DNA of 64,000 nucleotides from Nocardioides sp. (GCF_030655615.1 NZ_JAURVJ010000029.1:1867-65866), one strand, 5' to 3'; positions 47,713 to 58,530 are shown, counted from the stretch's first letter. Program-made: numbers and translations. Notes: a model not told the origin generated them from the letters alone.

Positions 47713-48699
47713 GTGGGAACTAGCGACCGGCAACCGCTGTTCGAGCACTTCGTCATCACTCGGTACTCGGCGGTGTTCACGAACGAGCAGGCCCCGCCTC
47801 AGCCGGCATGGCTGGAGTATCGGCTGGGCTTCTTCGTCGAGGCCTGCAGGGCGTCGATGTCACGACAGGATCCCGCTGTCCCGTTCCGCTGGTTGGTCTT
47901 CTTCGACGACCGCTGCGCGCCTGAGTTTCGCGAAGAGATTGAGGATCTCGCAGCCGGGGTCTTCGAGCCCATCTGGACCCATGACGTCTTCTGGTCTGGA
48001 GTCGCCAAGCGCGCTGTCGGCGAACGGGCGACAGCGCCATACGTCATCACCACCCGGCTGGACAGTGATGACGCTGTGGCCAAGAACTACCTCGCAGCCA
48101 TTCAAGACGAGTTCGACTCGCAGGACTTCCTCTATGTGAACTTCGCCCGCGGGCTCCAAGTGGTGAGGGGCGGTGCGGTCTACCAGTTGGACTACGCCTC
48201 GAACCCGTTCGTGTCGCTGATCGAGAAGCGCTCGGAGGGCGACGTCCCCTTCACGATCTTCGGGTTCGGTCAGCACAACCATGTGCGCCGGATGGGACCT
48301 CTACGTGAGGTCGTCGCCGACCCGATGTGGATCCAAGTGATTCACGGCTCCAACATCGGCAATGAGGTCCGCGGCAGGCGTATCTCGCCTCACCGGTATG
48401 ACCACCTCTTCGACGTCGATCTGGGCTACGACCACCACCCCACAGCCGGTCGCTTGCTCAAAGACTCCGCACGCCGGTGGGTGGATGCCCTTCGCCTCGG
48501 CGTCCGGCACCCGAGGGTGCCGCACACGTGGGTCCTCGGGAGAGTCGATCGGATCCGAGGGACGCGAACCAAAGCACGTCTCGAGTCCTCGGGCGTGACC
48601 AGCGTCAAGCCGCGCGACGTCGCACAACCAGCGCCTGCGGCACCGAGTCAGCGGACCGGAAGACGGTGTCGGGCTCGGCGACGTAGCGGCAGCGGATGA
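47713..48699 (+). CDS. Putative glycosyltransferase (rhamnosyl-transferase-like, DUF3118)
   Basis: HFVITRY, FRWLVFFD, TTRLDSDDA, NPFVSLIE, QVIHGSN; start approximate. Confidence 0.7.
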   Translation: MGTSDRQPLFEHFVITRYSAVFTNEQAPPQPAWLEYRLGFFVEACRASMSRQDPAVPFRWLVFFDDRCAPEFREEIEDLAAGVFEPIWTHDVFWSGVAKRAVGERATAPYVITTRLDSDDAVAKNYLAAIQDEFDSQDFLYVNFARGLQVVRGGAVYQLDYASNPFVSLIEKRSEGDVPFTIFGFGQHNHVRRMGPLREVVADPMWIQVIHGSNIGNEVRGRRISPHRYDHLFDVDLGYDHHPTAGRLLKDSARRWVDALRLGVRHPRVPHTWVLGRVDRIRGTRTKARLESSGVTSVKPRDVAQPAPAAPSQRTGRRCRARRRSGSG

Positions 48700-49048
48700 T
48701 GAACCGACCTCGCGGCAGCCGGGGAGTCCTGAACACGGCCGTGCCCGTGTCCGGCAGCTGCCGGACGGCCGACGTCGAGTAGCGCTTCCCCCTGCGGTTG
48801 ACGAGGAGGGTGATCGTCCCGACGGGCTTGGCGTTGGTGCCGACGCCCTTCACCACGCACGTGTAGGTCACCCGGGTCCGAGGGGTCGCTCGCGAGGGTC
48901 CGTCGATCTTGACCCGTGGCGGCGTGCACGAGTCGGCGGGGTACTGCGGGTCGTCGCACACCGACCCGGACATGACGGCGGGCGCTGCCGAGGCGGGCGA
49001 GAGGGGGGCGCCGAGGACCAGTACGAGCGCGGCCAGCGCGATCTTCAT
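48605..49048 (-). CDS. Small secreted basic Ig-like domain protein (paralog of 33379..33801)
   Basis: Signal peptide; CDDPQYPADSC; GVGTNAKPVGTIT. Confidence 0.72.
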   Translation of the reverse strand: MKIALAALVLVLGAPLSPASAAPAVMSGSVCDDPQYPADSCTPPRVKIDGPSRATPRTRVTYTCVVKGVGTNAKPVGTITLLVNRRGKRYSTSAVRQLPDTGTAVFRTPRLPRGRFIIRCRYVAEPDTVFRSADSVPQALVVRRRAA

Positions 49049-49102
49049 GGCCGCAGCCTCCCATTGCTGGTGTGCCGGCGGGCTTGCTTTGACGTGCGCC
49101 GT

Positions 49103-49139
49103 GGCTTCGAGGCTCGCTTCGCTCGCACCTCAGCCGACG
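49103..49139 (+). repeat. REP-like element
   Basis: One mismatch to 11408-11444 copy. Confidence 0.85.
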
Positions 49140-49149
49140 CGTGTGGGAG

Positions 49150-50082
49150 TCAGCGCAGCTTGGGGCGGACGTGCAGCCCGACCTCGGGGTCGACCACGAC
49201 CTCCTGGGCCGCGGCGATGCCGTCGACCATGAGGTCGACGTCGACCTGGGTGTTGCGCTTGAGGAGGGCGAGGGCGATCGGACCGAGCTCGTGGTGACGG
49301 GCTGACGTACCGACGAAGCCCACGGACTTCTCGCCGAGGATGACGTCGGAGCCGACGGCGGGCAGGCGGTTCTCGGAGCCGTCGAGGTGGAGAAGCGTGA
49401 GCCGACGGGGCGGGCGGCCGAGGGTGTGGACGCGCGCGACGGTCTCCTGGCCGCGGTAGCAGCCCTTGTCGAGGTGGACCGCGGGGCCGATCCAGCCGAC
49501 CTCGTTGGGGATCGTGCGGTGGTCGGTGTCGAGGCCGAAGCGGGGCTCGCCGCGCGCGATGCGCAGCGCCTCGTAGGCCCAGAGGCCGGCGGCGGGCTCG
49601 GTCGCGGCGGCGTACGTCGTCAGGTCGGCCCGCGGGACCAGGCGGTGGCCGGTGGCGGGGCGCCAGGTGAGCGCGAGGTCGGCGGTGACGTCGGTGATCT
49701 CGGCGCGCATCATGAACTTCATCCGCTCGAGGAACTCCGCGAGCGCCGCCGCGCGACCCGGCTCGGTCCAGACGGTGAGCGCCTCGCCGTCGTCGGTGCC
49801 GCGGAATTCGTGCTCGACGTGTCCCTGCGGACTCAGCACCAGCGCCTGCGCCAGCACGCCCGGCTGGAGGTCGGTGAGGTGCTGGGTGGTGATGTTGTGG
49901 AGCCAGGTGAGGCGGTCGGGGCCCTCGATCCGCAGCACGTCGTGGTGGGACAGGTCGACGAACCCCTCCCCCGACTCCACCGTGCGCTGCTCGCCGTTGA
50001 ACGAGCCGTAGTGGGCGGCGACCGGGGCGTCGATGCCGTTGCCGGCGACCGCTCGGGGCAGGGCGAGGAGGGGACTGCTCAT
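49150..50082 (-). CDS. ygfZ: YgfZ/GcvT-family folate-binding Fe-S assembly factor
   Basis: GPDRLTWLH, LSPQGHVEH, HLDKGCYRGQETVARV signature. Confidence 0.9.
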   Translation of the reverse strand: MSSPLLALPRAVAGNGIDAPVAAHYGSFNGEQRTVESGEGFVDLSHHDVLRIEGPDRLTWLHNITTQHLTDLQPGVLAQALVLSPQGHVEHEFRGTDDGEALTVWTEPGRAAALAEFLERMKFMMRAEITDVTADLALTWRPATGHRLVPRADLTTYAAATEPAAGLWAYEALRIARGEPRFGLDTDHRTIPNEVGWIGPAVHLDKGCYRGQETVARVHTLGRPPRRLTLLHLDGSENRLPAVGSDVILGEKSVGFVGTSARHHELGPIALALLKRNTQVDVDLMVDGIAAAQEVVVDPEVGLHVRPKLR

Positions 50083-50169
50083 GGGTGCCACCCTCGCAGA
50101 ACGTCAAGAGCGGCTCCAGGATTCCGGATCTGAGCGTCAGGAGGGCACGCGCCCACTAGCGTCCGCCGC

Positions 50170-51324
50170 GTGGCCGCCACCTCCCAGAACCGCGCGATCG
50201 ACGCGATCCGCTTCCTCGCTGCCCTCCTGGTGGTGCTCGGCCACGTGCGCCTGACGATGTTCGAGGACTACCCGACCGCGTCGCACGGCCCACTGAGCCA
50301 GGCGCTCTATGCCGTGACGGGCATGGGCGCTCCCGCCGTCCTCGTCTTCTTCGCGCTCAGCGGCTACTGGGTCGGCGGGTTCGGGGTGGTCAACCGGGTG
50401 CGGGCCGGGCGGTTCGACGTCCGCGACTACGCCATCGCGCGGTTGACCCGGCTCTGGATCGTGCTGCTGCCGGCGCTCGCCCTGACGGCGGTCGTGGACT
50501 GGGTCGGGCGGAAGGCGTTCTCGAGCTCCGACCTCTACCAGGTGCCGGTCCCCTACACCGGGATCGAGGAGGTGCCGTCGCACGCGCTCAGCACCCTGGC
50601 CGGCAACGTCGTGTTCGTCCAGGAGATCCACGTCAAGCCGTTCGGCTACAACTACCCGCTCTGGTCGCTGTCCTACGAGTTCTGGTTCTACGTGATCTTC
50701 GCGGCCCTGGCCCTCGCCACCAGTCGCCAGCGCGGTACGACGACGCGCGTGGTCGCCGTCGTCGTGGCCCTCCTGGGCTGCGTGGTCGCCGGCACGGACG
50801 TCCTGCAGCTCTCGCTCGCGTGGCTGTTCGGAGTCGCGGCTGCGGTCCTCGCTCCGCAGGCGCGCCGCTGGGCGGCCCGGTCGTCCTCGACGATGGGCTG
50901 GTCGCAGCTGGCCGCAGCCGGGGTGACCGGCATCGCGATGGTCGTCGCCCGCCAGCTCGACCTGCAGGGCGCGCCGGTCGCGGTCGTGGTCGGCCTGCCC
51001 GCCGCCGTCCTGCTCTGGACCCTTACCGACGACCTCGCCTGGACCGGGGTCAAGGGCCGGTTGCTCGGGGTCTTCGAGGCGGGCTCGCGCAGCTCGTACT
51101 CCCTCTACGCCATCCACATGCCGATCGTCGTGCTCCTGGCCGCCTGGCTCACCCCCACCCGCGAGGAGCGCTGGACCCTCGGGCCCGTCGGGTTCGTCGA
51201 GGTGCTCGTGATCACCGGCGGCCTCATCGTGATCGCGGTCGGGTTCGCCGCGGTGACCGAGCGGCGCACTCACGACGTACGACGGCTGCTCGGCCGGGCG
51301 ACCGCGCCTAGGGTGGGCGCGTGA
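50170..51324 (+). CDS. Acyltransferase family 3 (O-acyltransferase)
   Basis: DAIRFLAALLVVLGH, FFALSGY, RLTRLW, PLWSLSYEFWFY, SYSLYAIHMP. Confidence 0.88.
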   Translation: MAATSQNRAIDAIRFLAALLVVLGHVRLTMFEDYPTASHGPLSQALYAVTGMGAPAVLVFFALSGYWVGGFGVVNRVRAGRFDVRDYAIARLTRLWIVLLPALALTAVVDWVGRKAFSSSDLYQVPVPYTGIEEVPSHALSTLAGNVVFVQEIHVKPFGYNYPLWSLSYEFWFYVIFAALALATSRQRGTTTRVVAVVVALLGCVVAGTDVLQLSLAWLFGVAAAVLAPQARRWAARSSSTMGWSQLAAAGVTGIAMVVARQLDLQGAPVAVVVGLPAAVLLWTLTDDLAWTGVKGRLLGVFEAGSRSSYSLYAIHMPIVVLLAAWLTPTREERWTLGPVGFVEVLVITGGLIVIAVGFAAVTERRTHDVRRLLGRATAPRVGA

Positions 51325-51683
51325 CCCGATCCCTCGCCGTGAAGCTGACCTGCGGGGCGGAGGCCGCCGAACGGGCCAACCAGGCGCTGACGGTGGCGGC
51401 CTCGGCCGTGGCCGCCGGGGCCGACGTGTCGCTGTGGCTGACCGGTGACGGCGTGTGGTTCGGGGTGCGCGACCGGTGCCCCGACCTGGGTCTCGAGCAC
51501 GCCTCCCCCGCTGCTGCGTTGGTCGAGGCCGTGCGTGCGGCTGGGTCCGTCACCGTGTGCTCGCAGTGCGCGGCACGGCGGTCGCTGACCGAGGCCGACC
51601 TGGTCGAGGGCGCTCGGATCGCCGGCGCCGTCGCGTTCACCGAGCTGGTGCTGCGTGACGGCGTGCAGGCGCTGGTATACTGA
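51321..51683 (+). CDS. DsrE family protein
   Basis: KLTCG, VSLWLTGDGVW, VTVCSQCAARR; leaderless -10 TAGGGT. Confidence 0.88.
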   Translation: MTRSLAVKLTCGAEAAERANQALTVAASAVAAGADVSLWLTGDGVWFGVRDRCPDLGLEHASPAAALVEAVRAAGSVTVCSQCAARRSLTEADLVEGARIAGAVAFTELVLRDGVQALVY

Positions 51684-52516
51684 TGTCCGCTCCCGACGCG
51701 CTCGAGACGATCGCGGCGGTGCGCGCCGCGTGCAAGTTGGTTGACGGGCACGACCCGCTCGACGAGGCCGCGGCCTTGGCGCTCAAGCACCACGGCACCG
51801 AGGGTGCGTCGGTGGCGGTCGCCGTGGGCGGGTTCGCGCTGGCGCGGGACGGGGAGCTGACGCTGGCGGTGGCGCCCGAGTCACGGCGCCACGGTGTTGG
51901 CGGTCGGCTGCTGGCCCAGGTCGGGGTGGCTGACCGGGCGTGGTCGCACGGCGGGCACCCGGGGGCTGCGGCGCTTGCCGCCGCGCACGGCTGGGACCGG
52001 ACCCGCGACCTCTGGGTCATGCGGCGCCCGACCTCGCTGGAGCTGCCCTCGCTCGTCGTACCCGACGGCGAGACGGTGCGCGGATATGCCGACGGCGACG
52101 CCGAGCAGGTGCTGGCGGTCAACGGGGCGGCGTTCGCCCACCACCCCGAGCAGGGCGGCCTCGACGCGACCGGCCTCGCCGAGCGGATGGCCGAGCCGTG
52201 GTGGGACCCGGCCGGGCTGCTCGTGGCGGTCGACGACGCGACCGGCGACGTGCTCGCGTTCCACTGGACCAAGCAGCACGACGCCTCGCTCGGCGAGGTG
52301 TACGTCGTCGCGGTCGGGCCGGCCGCGCAGGGCCGTGGGCTGGGGCGCGTGGTGACCCTGGCCGGCCTCCACCACCTGGCCGGGCTGGGCGTGGCCGAGG
52401 TGCTGCTCTATGTCGAGTCGGACAACAAACCGGCGGTGCGGCTCTACAGCTCGCTCGGGTTCGAGCACGCGGCGCGCGACACCCACGTGCAGTACACGCG
52501 CCGACTCGGGACGTAA
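51683..52516 (+). CDS. mshD: Mycothiol synthase (tandem GNAT)
   Basis: WSHGGHPGA, AFAHHPEQG, FHWTK, GEVYVVAV, QGRGLG, LYVESDN. Confidence 0.92.
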   Translation: MSAPDALETIAAVRAACKLVDGHDPLDEAAALALKHHGTEGASVAVAVGGFALARDGELTLAVAPESRRHGVGGRLLAQVGVADRAWSHGGHPGAAALAAAHGWDRTRDLWVMRRPTSLELPSLVVPDGETVRGYADGDAEQVLAVNGAAFAHHPEQGGLDATGLAERMAEPWWDPAGLLVAVDDATGDVLAFHWTKQHDASLGEVYVVAVGPAAQGRGLGRVVTLAGLHHLAGLGVAEVLLYVESDNKPAVRLYSSLGFEHAARDTHVQYTRRLGT

Positions 52517-52555
52517 CCGCTCCGGGGGCCGTGGCCCCTGAGTAACATCCGCCGC

Positions 52556-54664
52556 ATGAGCCCCGCCCCCCAGGAGCCGCCGAGCGGTAGCGCCCGCCCG
52601 CGCCGACGGCCCCCACGGCGGCGGCCCGCCGAGCCCGAGGTCGAACCAGTCGCGGTGGTCGACGCGGACGCCGAGCGCGAGGCGATCCGGGTGGCGACGG
52701 ACGCTGCGGCGGCCGCGGACGACCGCGCCCGGGCCGCCGACGAGGTGGCGGCCGAGCAGGCGGAGACGGCGCGGCTCGCGATCGAGGAGCTGGACGAGGT
52801 ACGCGCGGCGCTGGCCTCTCAGGAGCCTGGGTCCGAAGGGGCGCGGGTCGAGGCCGAGGAAGCCGAGCGGGCGCAGCTCGAGGTCGCCCTCGAGGCGACG
52901 ACCAGCGCGGCCGACGCCGCCGCGGACGCCGACGAGGCGCGCGCGGAGGCCGAGGTCGAGGCGACGGAGGCGACGTCGGTCGTCCAGGCGCTGCGCGAGG
53001 AGCTGACCCGGACCCAGACCGAGCTCGAGGCGCAAGCTCGCGCGCGGGCCGAGGCGGAACGGCGTGCCGTCGAGGAGGCCGAGGCCGCCCGGCACGGGCT
53101 TGCCGAGCGGGCCGAGGCGGAGGCGGCGGCTGCGGCGGCTGCTGCGGCTCGGGTGCGGGCTGACGCGGAGAAGGCGGCGCGGGAGGCCACGGACGCCATC
53201 ACTGCACTGCGGGCCGAGCTGGCACGGGCTCAGGCCGATCTCGTCAGCCAGGCGGAGGCACGGGCGGAGGCGGAGGTGCGGGCTCAGGAGCTGGCTGCGC
53301 AGCTGGCTGAGCGGGAGCCTGAGCTCGAGGTCGAGGCGGTTGAGGCCCCGGCCGAGGTTGAGCCGGAACCGGAACCCGAGGTCGAGCCCGAGGCGGTTGC
53401 CGAGATCGAACCCGAGCCGGTGGCCGAGGTTGAGCCGGGACCCGAGCCGGTGGCCGAGCCCGAGCCGGAGCCCGAGCCGGAGCCGGTGCCGGTGCCGGTG
53501 CCGGTGCCGGTGGCCGAGGTTGAGGAGCCCGAGCCCGAGCCGGAGCCGATGGCTGAAGTCGAGCCGGAGGCAGAAGCCGAGGTCGAGCCGGGGCCCGGAC
53601 CCGAGCCCGAACCTGAACCTGAACGTGAGCCGCTGGGAGCTTCACCGGAACCGGCTGCGGAGGTCTCGACGCGGACGGCGCAGGGCGCCGACCGGCTCAC
53701 CCACCGTGAGGAGGGTGAGCCGGAGCCGGTGGTTGCTGACCTGACGCCGCCGTCCCTGAACCCGTTGTCCGCCTTCCGGTCGCGGCGTCGGGAACGTCGG
53801 GCTGCGGCCAGGAGCGCTGAACCCGACGCGGTTGCTGCTCCGGTGGTGGAGCCTGCGGTCGCCGTGACGCCCGTTGTCGAGGATGAGCCAGAGGTCGCTT
53901 CCGGGGAGACTGCGGAGCCTACCGCGATCGTTGCTGACGAGGTCGTCGAGACCGCGGAGCCGGAGTCGGTGGGGGCGTCCCCGGGATCGGCTGCGGAGGT
54001 CTCGACACGGACGGCGCAGGGCGCCGACCGGCTCGACCACCGTGGGGGCGAGGCCGTGGTTGAGGCGGCGCCGGAAATCGAGGCGGAGCCCGAGGTCGAG
54101 GCGGAGCCCGAGGTCGAGCCGGAGCCGGAGGTCAAGGCAGAGCCGGAGCCGGTGGGAACCTCTGCGGGATCGGCTGCGGAGGTCTCGACGCGGTCGGCGC
54201 AGGGCGCCGACCGGCTCGACCAACGTGAGGTGGAGCTGCACGACCCGTACGAGTCGGTGCGGCGGGGGTGGGCCGGGTGGGTGGCGGTCGGGATCGCGTT
54301 GGCGTCTGCCGTCGCGATCTTCGTGCTGGGGGCGCTGGGTGAGCTGGCCGGTGAGCCGTTGCGGGCGGCCGGGGTCGGGGCGGTCGGCGTGCTGGGGATC
54401 GTGTTCGCGTTCCGGCGGGTCGGGCGGCCGAGCCGGGTGGAGCTGACGGAGGACGGGACGCTGTCGCTGGCGTTCGGGACCGACGAGCACACGTTCTCGC
54501 TGGCCGAGGACGAACCCGAGCTCGAGATGCGCGGCAACCCGGGTGACCGCGGCTGGGCCATCGACGTCGTACGACCGAGCGAGGCGCCGCTGACGATCAC
54601 GGCGTCGTCGGTCGACCCGCCGCGGTTCGCCGAGGCGGTGCGCCAGTGGCGGCCGAGCCTGTGA
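52556..54664 (+). CDS. Hypothetical protein: coiled-coil, long acidic Glu-Pro linker, two TM helices, small C-terminal domain
   Basis: A/E-rich helical region; [15 protein letters not shown] tracts; hydrophobic pair near C-term; -10 TAACAT 7 nt before ATG. Confidence 0.75.
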   Translation: MSPAPQEPPSGSARPRRRPPRRRPAEPEVEPVAVVDADAEREAIRVATDAAAAADDRARAADEVAAEQAETARLAIEELDEVRAALASQEPGSEGARVEAEEAERAQLEVALEATTSAADAAADADEARAEAEVEATEATSVVQALREELTRTQTELEAQARARAEAERRAVEEAEAARHGLAERAEAEAAAAAAAAARVRADAEKAAREATDAITALRAELARAQADLVSQAEARAEAEVRAQELAAQLAEREPELEVEAVEAPAEVEPEPEPEVEPEAVAEIEPEPVAEVEPGPEPVAEPEPEPEPEPVPVPVPVPVAEVEEPEPEPEPMAEVEPEAEAEVEPGPGPEPEPEPEREPLGASPEPAAEVSTRTAQGADRLTHREEGEPEPVVADLTPPSLNPLSAFRSRRRERRAAARSAEPDAVAAPVVEPAVAVTPVVEDEPEVASGETAEPTAIVADEVVETAEPESVGASPGSAAEVSTRTAQGADRLDHRGGEAVVEAAPEIEAEPEVEAEPEVEPEPEVKAEPEPVGTSAGSAAEVSTRSAQGADRLDQREVELHDPYESVRRGWAGWVAVGIALASAVAIFVLGALGELAGEPLRAAGVGAVGVLGIVFAFRRVGRPSRVELTEDGTLSLAFGTDEHTFSLAEDEPELEMRGNPGDRGWAIDVVRPSEAPLTITASSVDPPRFAEAVRQWRPSL
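53654..54230 (+). repeat. Three in-frame REP-like insertions (53654-53710, 53990-54047, 54173-54230)
   Basis: GCTGCGGAGGTCTCGAC.CGG.CGGCGCAGGGCGCCGACCGGCTC.ACC; near-identical to the intergenic element at 38709. Confidence 0.8.
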
Positions 54665-55269
54665 GCGGGGCCGAGCCCGACGAGCTCGCGGCCCTGCGGG
54701 CCGAGCGCGACGACCTCGAGCAGCGGGCGCTCGAGGCGGAGGCGATCGCCGAGCAGCTCGCCGAGCAGCTGGCCGACGCGCAGCGCCGACTCGCGGCCGA
54801 CGACCCGACCGAGCTGACGCTGTTCGACGGCGTGACCCCGGCGGGTCGTACCGGACGCCTCGCGCCCGACGGCAGCGACCAGGCCGTCCTGCCGATCACG
54901 CTGGCGGCGATCGCCGTGGTGGCGTTCCTGGTCGGCGTGGTGTCGGTGGTGGCGAAGGGACCGACGCTGCTGTGCCTGGTCGCGTTCGTCGCGGCCGGCG
55001 GGCTGGCGTGGGCAGCGGTGCAGGTGCGGGTGACGCGGGTGTCGATCGACGTCATCGACGGCGTGGTGCGGGTCGTCGAGGGCGACTCGACACGCACCTT
55101 CGACCTGGCCAACGACAGCGTCAAGGTCGACGTCCAGGGCAGGCCGGGTGACGCCTACTGGCGGGTGCGGTTCTATCGCCGCGCGCTCGACCCGGTCGAC
55201 GTCGACGACTCGATGGTCGACCCGGCCGACTTCATGGCCCGGCTCCGGGAGCACCGCCCCGGCCTCTAG
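54661..55269 (+). CDS. Hypothetical two-TM membrane protein, paralogous to C-terminus of upstream gene
   Basis: GTGA coupling; short coiled coil, two [10 protein letters not shown]...VDPADF...RPGL. Confidence 0.75.
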   Translation: MSGAEPDELAALRAERDDLEQRALEAEAIAEQLAEQLADAQRRLAADDPTELTLFDGVTPAGRTGRLAPDGSDQAVLPITLAAIAVVAFLVGVVSVVAKGPTLLCLVAFVAAGGLAWAAVQVRVTRVSIDVIDGVVRVVEGDSTRTFDLANDSVKVDVQGRPGDAYWRVRFYRRALDPVDVDDSMVDPADFMARLREHRPGL

Positions 55270-56301
55270 CTAGAGGGACGGAGCGAGGCCCGCCTTGAGC
55301 GCCACCGCGATCTCGTCGACCGCAGCACGCGACGTACGACCAACCCCGACCACGTTGAAGAACCCATGGATCTGGTCGGGGAACCGGCGCAGCTCGACCC
55401 GGACACCGGCGGCAGCGAGCGCCCGGCTGTAGGCCTCGCCCTCGTCGCGCAGCGGGTCGAACCCGGCGGTGACGACGTACGCCGGAGCCAGCCCGTCGGG
55501 GATGTCGTCGTGGAAGGGCGACGCGCGCGGGTCGAGCCGCTCGGCGGGGTCGGGGAGATAGCTCGCGTTGGCGAGGTCCATGAACGCCTTGGTGAGGTAG
55601 AAGCCCTCGGAGAACAGCTCCAGGCTGCGGGTCGCGCGGGCGCTGTCGGTCGCCGGGTAGACGAGCAGCTGGAACGCCAGCGGCAGGCCCTCGCGGGCGG
55701 CCGCGGCGGCGACACCGGCCGCCAGGTTGCCGCCGGCGGAGTCGCCGCCGACCGCGATCCGGTCGACGTCGACGCCGAGCGAGTCGGCGTTCTTGGCGAC
55801 CCAGCGGTAGGCCGTCACGGCGTCGTCGTAGGCCGCCGGGAAGCGGTGCTCGGGCGCGAGCCGGTAGTCGATCGCGAGCACCCGGCAGCCGGCGCCCTCG
55901 GCGAGCACGCGGCAGGAGGCATCGTGGGAGTCGAGGCCGCCGTACATGAACCCGCCGCCGTGGAAGAACACGAGCAGCCCGGTCGGGCCGGTGACGCCGC
56001 GCGGCGTGTAGAGCCGGGCCGGCAGCCCCTCGACGGGCAGGTCGCGGACCGACCCGATCGGCTGGGTGCGGCCGGTGGCGGCGGTGGTGCGGTCGATGAC
56101 GACACGGCCCGCGGGGATCGGCAGCGTCTCGGCGCCGGGCATCCGCGCGACCTTCTGCAGCCGCAGCATCAGCTGTACGTCGGCGGCGAGGGTCTGGCCG
56201 TCGATCGTCACCGGCTTGCCGGCCAGTCGACGCTGCACGGCCTCGGGGAGCGCCATCGCGGCGAGGAGGAGCGTGGCCTCGGCGCGGTCCTTGATCGTCA
56301 C
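55270..56301 (-). CDS. Alpha/beta hydrolase (HSL-family esterase/lipase)
   Basis: [30 protein letters not shown]. Confidence 0.92.
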   Translation of the reverse strand: MTIKDRAEATLLLAAMALPEAVQRRLAGKPVTIDGQTLAADVQLMLRLQKVARMPGAETLPIPAGRVVIDRTTAATGRTQPIGSVRDLPVEGLPARLYTPRGVTGPTGLLVFFHGGGFMYGGLDSHDASCRVLAEGAGCRVLAIDYRLAPEHRFPAAYDDAVTAYRWVAKNADSLGVDVDRIAVGGDSAGGNLAAGVAAAAAREGLPLAFQLLVYPATDSARATRSLELFSEGFYLTKAFMDLANASYLPDPAERLDPRASPFHDDIPDGLAPAYVVTAGFDPLRDEGEAYSRALAAAGVRVELRRFPDQIHGFFNVVGVGRTSRAAVDEIAVALKAGLAPSL

Positions 56302-56343
56302 CGTCGCAACCTACCGTTCACCCGTCGGTGCCAGACTCGACCC

Positions 56344-58530
56344 ATGTCACTCGAGATCGTGCCGGACTCCTCCCACTCGGTGTCCACCGGCGCCGGCGTA
56401 CCCGACGAGTCCTACGAGGTCGACGTCCCCTACGTGCCCGACCCCGAGCTGGTCGCGGCCGTGGAGAAGTTCGACGACCGGTTCCTCGACCGCGAGCTGT
56501 CGTGGCTGAAGTTCAACCAGCGCGTGCTCGAGCTGGCCGAGGACGACCGGCTGCCGCTGCTCGAGCGGACCCGGTTCCTCGCCATCTTCACCAGCAACCT
56601 CGACGAGTTCTTCATGGTCCGGGTGGCCGGACTCAAGCGACGCATCGCCGCCGGGCTCGCCGTACGCGCGGCGTCGGGGCTGATGCCGCGCGACGTGCTC
56701 GAGCAGATCTGGACGACGGCGCGCGAGCTGAGCGAGCGCCAGTCGAGCCTCTTCCGCGACGTGATCCAGCCGGCCCTGGCCGAGCACGACATCGAGCTGG
56801 TGCGGTGGGACGACCTCGACGCCGAGGAGCAGAAGAGCTGCAAGAAGCTCTTCAAGAACCGGATCTTCCCGGTGCTCACGCCGCTCGCCGTCGACCCCGC
56901 CCACCCGTTCCCCTACATCTCGGGGCTGTCGCTCAACCTGGCCGTGCTGATCCGCAACCCGCAGTCGGGCAAGGAGCACTTCGCGCGCGTCAAGGTGCCG
57001 CCGATCTTCGACCGGTTCGTGCCGCTGGGCGCGTCGGGGGCGTCGGGGCGCGGGGCGCGGTTCGTGCCGCTCGAGGACGTCATCGGCACCCACCTCAAGC
57101 GGCTCTTCCCCGGCATGGAGGTGCTCGAGGCGCACACCTTCCGGGTCACCCGCAACGAGGACCTCGAGGTCGAGGAGGACGACGCCGAGAACCTGCTCGC
57201 CGCCCTCGAGAAGGAGCTGCTGCGGCGCCGCTTCGGCCCGCCGGTGCGCCTCGAGGTCGAGGAGTCGATCTCGACCGGCGTGCTCGAGCTGCTCAAGGAG
57301 GAGCTCGGCGTCAGCGAGTCCGAGGTCTTCCGGCTGCCCGGCCCGCTCGACCTGCGCGGGCTGCACAGCATCGCCGACCTCAGCCACGAGGTGCTCAAGT
57401 TCCCGGCGTTCGTGCCGACCACCCACACCCGGCTGGCCGAGGTGGAGTCGGCCTCGCCCGTCGACGTGTTCAAGGCCGCGCGGCGCCACGACGTGCTGCT
57501 GCACCACCCCTACGACTCGTTCTCGACGTCGGTGCAGCGCTTCATCGAGCAGGCCGCGGCCGACCCACACGTGCTCGCGATCAAGCAGACGCTCTATCGC
57601 ACCTCGGGCGACAGCCCGATCATCGACGCCCTCATCGACGCGGCCGAGGCCGGCAAGCAGGTGCTGGTCATCGTCGAGATCAAGGCCCGCTTCGACGAGC
57701 AGGCCAACATCCGGTGGGCGCGCAAGCTCGAGCAGGCCGGCTGCCACGTCGTCTACGGCCTGGTCGGTCTCAAGACCCACTGCAAGCTCGCGATGGTGGT
57801 GCGCGACGAGCCCGAGGGCATCCGCCGCTACACCCACATCGGCACCGGCAACTACAACTCCAAGACCGCCCGCACCTACGAGGACCTCGGCCTCATCACG
57901 ACCGACGAGTCCATCGGCGAGGACGTCGCCCACCTCTTCAACAACCTCAGCGGCTGGTCGCGCAAGCCGTCCTACGGCCATCTGCTCGTCGCGCCCGACT
58001 CGGTGCGCACCGGGCTCATCGACCAGATCCACCGCGAGATCGCCCACCACGAGGCGGGGCGCCCCTCGGGCATCCGGCTCAAGGCCAACTCGGTGGTCGA
58101 CGAGGCCGTCATCGACGCGCTCTACCTCGCCTCGCAGGAGGGCGTGAAGGTCGAGCTGCTGGTGCGCGGGATCTGCGCGCTGCGCCCGGGCGTGCCCGGG
58201 CTGTCCGACAACATCACGGTGCGGTCGGTGCTCGGCCGGTTCCTCGAGCACAGCCGGGTCTTCTGGTTCGAGAACGGCGGCGACCCCCACGCGTGGCTCG
58301 GCTCGGCCGACATGATGCACCGCAACCTCGACCGCCGCGTCGAGGTCCTCGTGCGGCTGCCCGACCCCGAGAGCGTCGCCGCCATCGGCGACCTCCTCGA
58401 CCTGGCGTTCGCGTCCACCACGAGCGCCTGGGAGCTCGGGAGCAGCGGCGACTGGGTCCGCAACGACGGCGACACGCACCTGCAGGAGACGCTGATCGAG
58501 CGGCAGAAGCGGCGTCGTACGACGTCCTAA
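56344..58530 (+). CDS. ppk1: Polyphosphate kinase 1
   Basis: [72 protein letters not shown]. Confidence 0.96.
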   Translation: MSLEIVPDSSHSVSTGAGVPDESYEVDVPYVPDPELVAAVEKFDDRFLDRELSWLKFNQRVLELAEDDRLPLLERTRFLAIFTSNLDEFFMVRVAGLKRRIAAGLAVRAASGLMPRDVLEQIWTTARELSERQSSLFRDVIQPALAEHDIELVRWDDLDAEEQKSCKKLFKNRIFPVLTPLAVDPAHPFPYISGLSLNLAVLIRNPQSGKEHFARVKVPPIFDRFVPLGASGASGRGARFVPLEDVIGTHLKRLFPGMEVLEAHTFRVTRNEDLEVEEDDAENLLAALEKELLRRRFGPPVRLEVEESISTGVLELLKEELGVSESEVFRLPGPLDLRGLHSIADLSHEVLKFPAFVPTTHTRLAEVESASPVDVFKAARRHDVLLHHPYDSFSTSVQRFIEQAAADPHVLAIKQTLYRTSGDSPIIDALIDAAEAGKQVLVIVEIKARFDEQANIRWARKLEQAGCHVVYGLVGLKTHCKLAMVVRDEPEGIRRYTHIGTGNYNSKTARTYEDLGLITTDESIGEDVAHLFNNLSGWSRKPSYGHLLVAPDSVRTGLIDQIHREIAHHEAGRPSGIRLKANSVVDEAVIDALYLASQEGVKVELLVRGICALRPGVPGLSDNITVRSVLGRFLEHSRVFWFENGGDPHAWLGSADMMHRNLDRRVEVLVRLPDPESVAAIGDLLDLAFASTTSAWELGSSGDWVRNDGDTHLQETLIERQKRRRTTS

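Noticed and set aside
11408-54230. CRISPR array from recurring 37-nt repeats
   Set aside because: Copies are dispersed singly or in pairs, not regularly spaced with unique spacers; no cas genes
55366-56343. N-terminal 326-aa extension of ppk1 (and similar long extensions in the track for 704, 1849, 3003, 4583, 12377)
   Set aside because: They overlap bona fide neighbouring genes; real starts are supported by overlap coupling or -10 elements
56347-58479. Long antisense/alternate-frame ORFs (also 848..2302, 3210..4610, 11478..12785, 12689..14473, 39272..40669, 53284..55254, 62571..63986)
   Set aside because: Shadows of real genes caused by stop-codon scarcity in high-GC DNA; Arg/Gly/Pro-rich with no motifs
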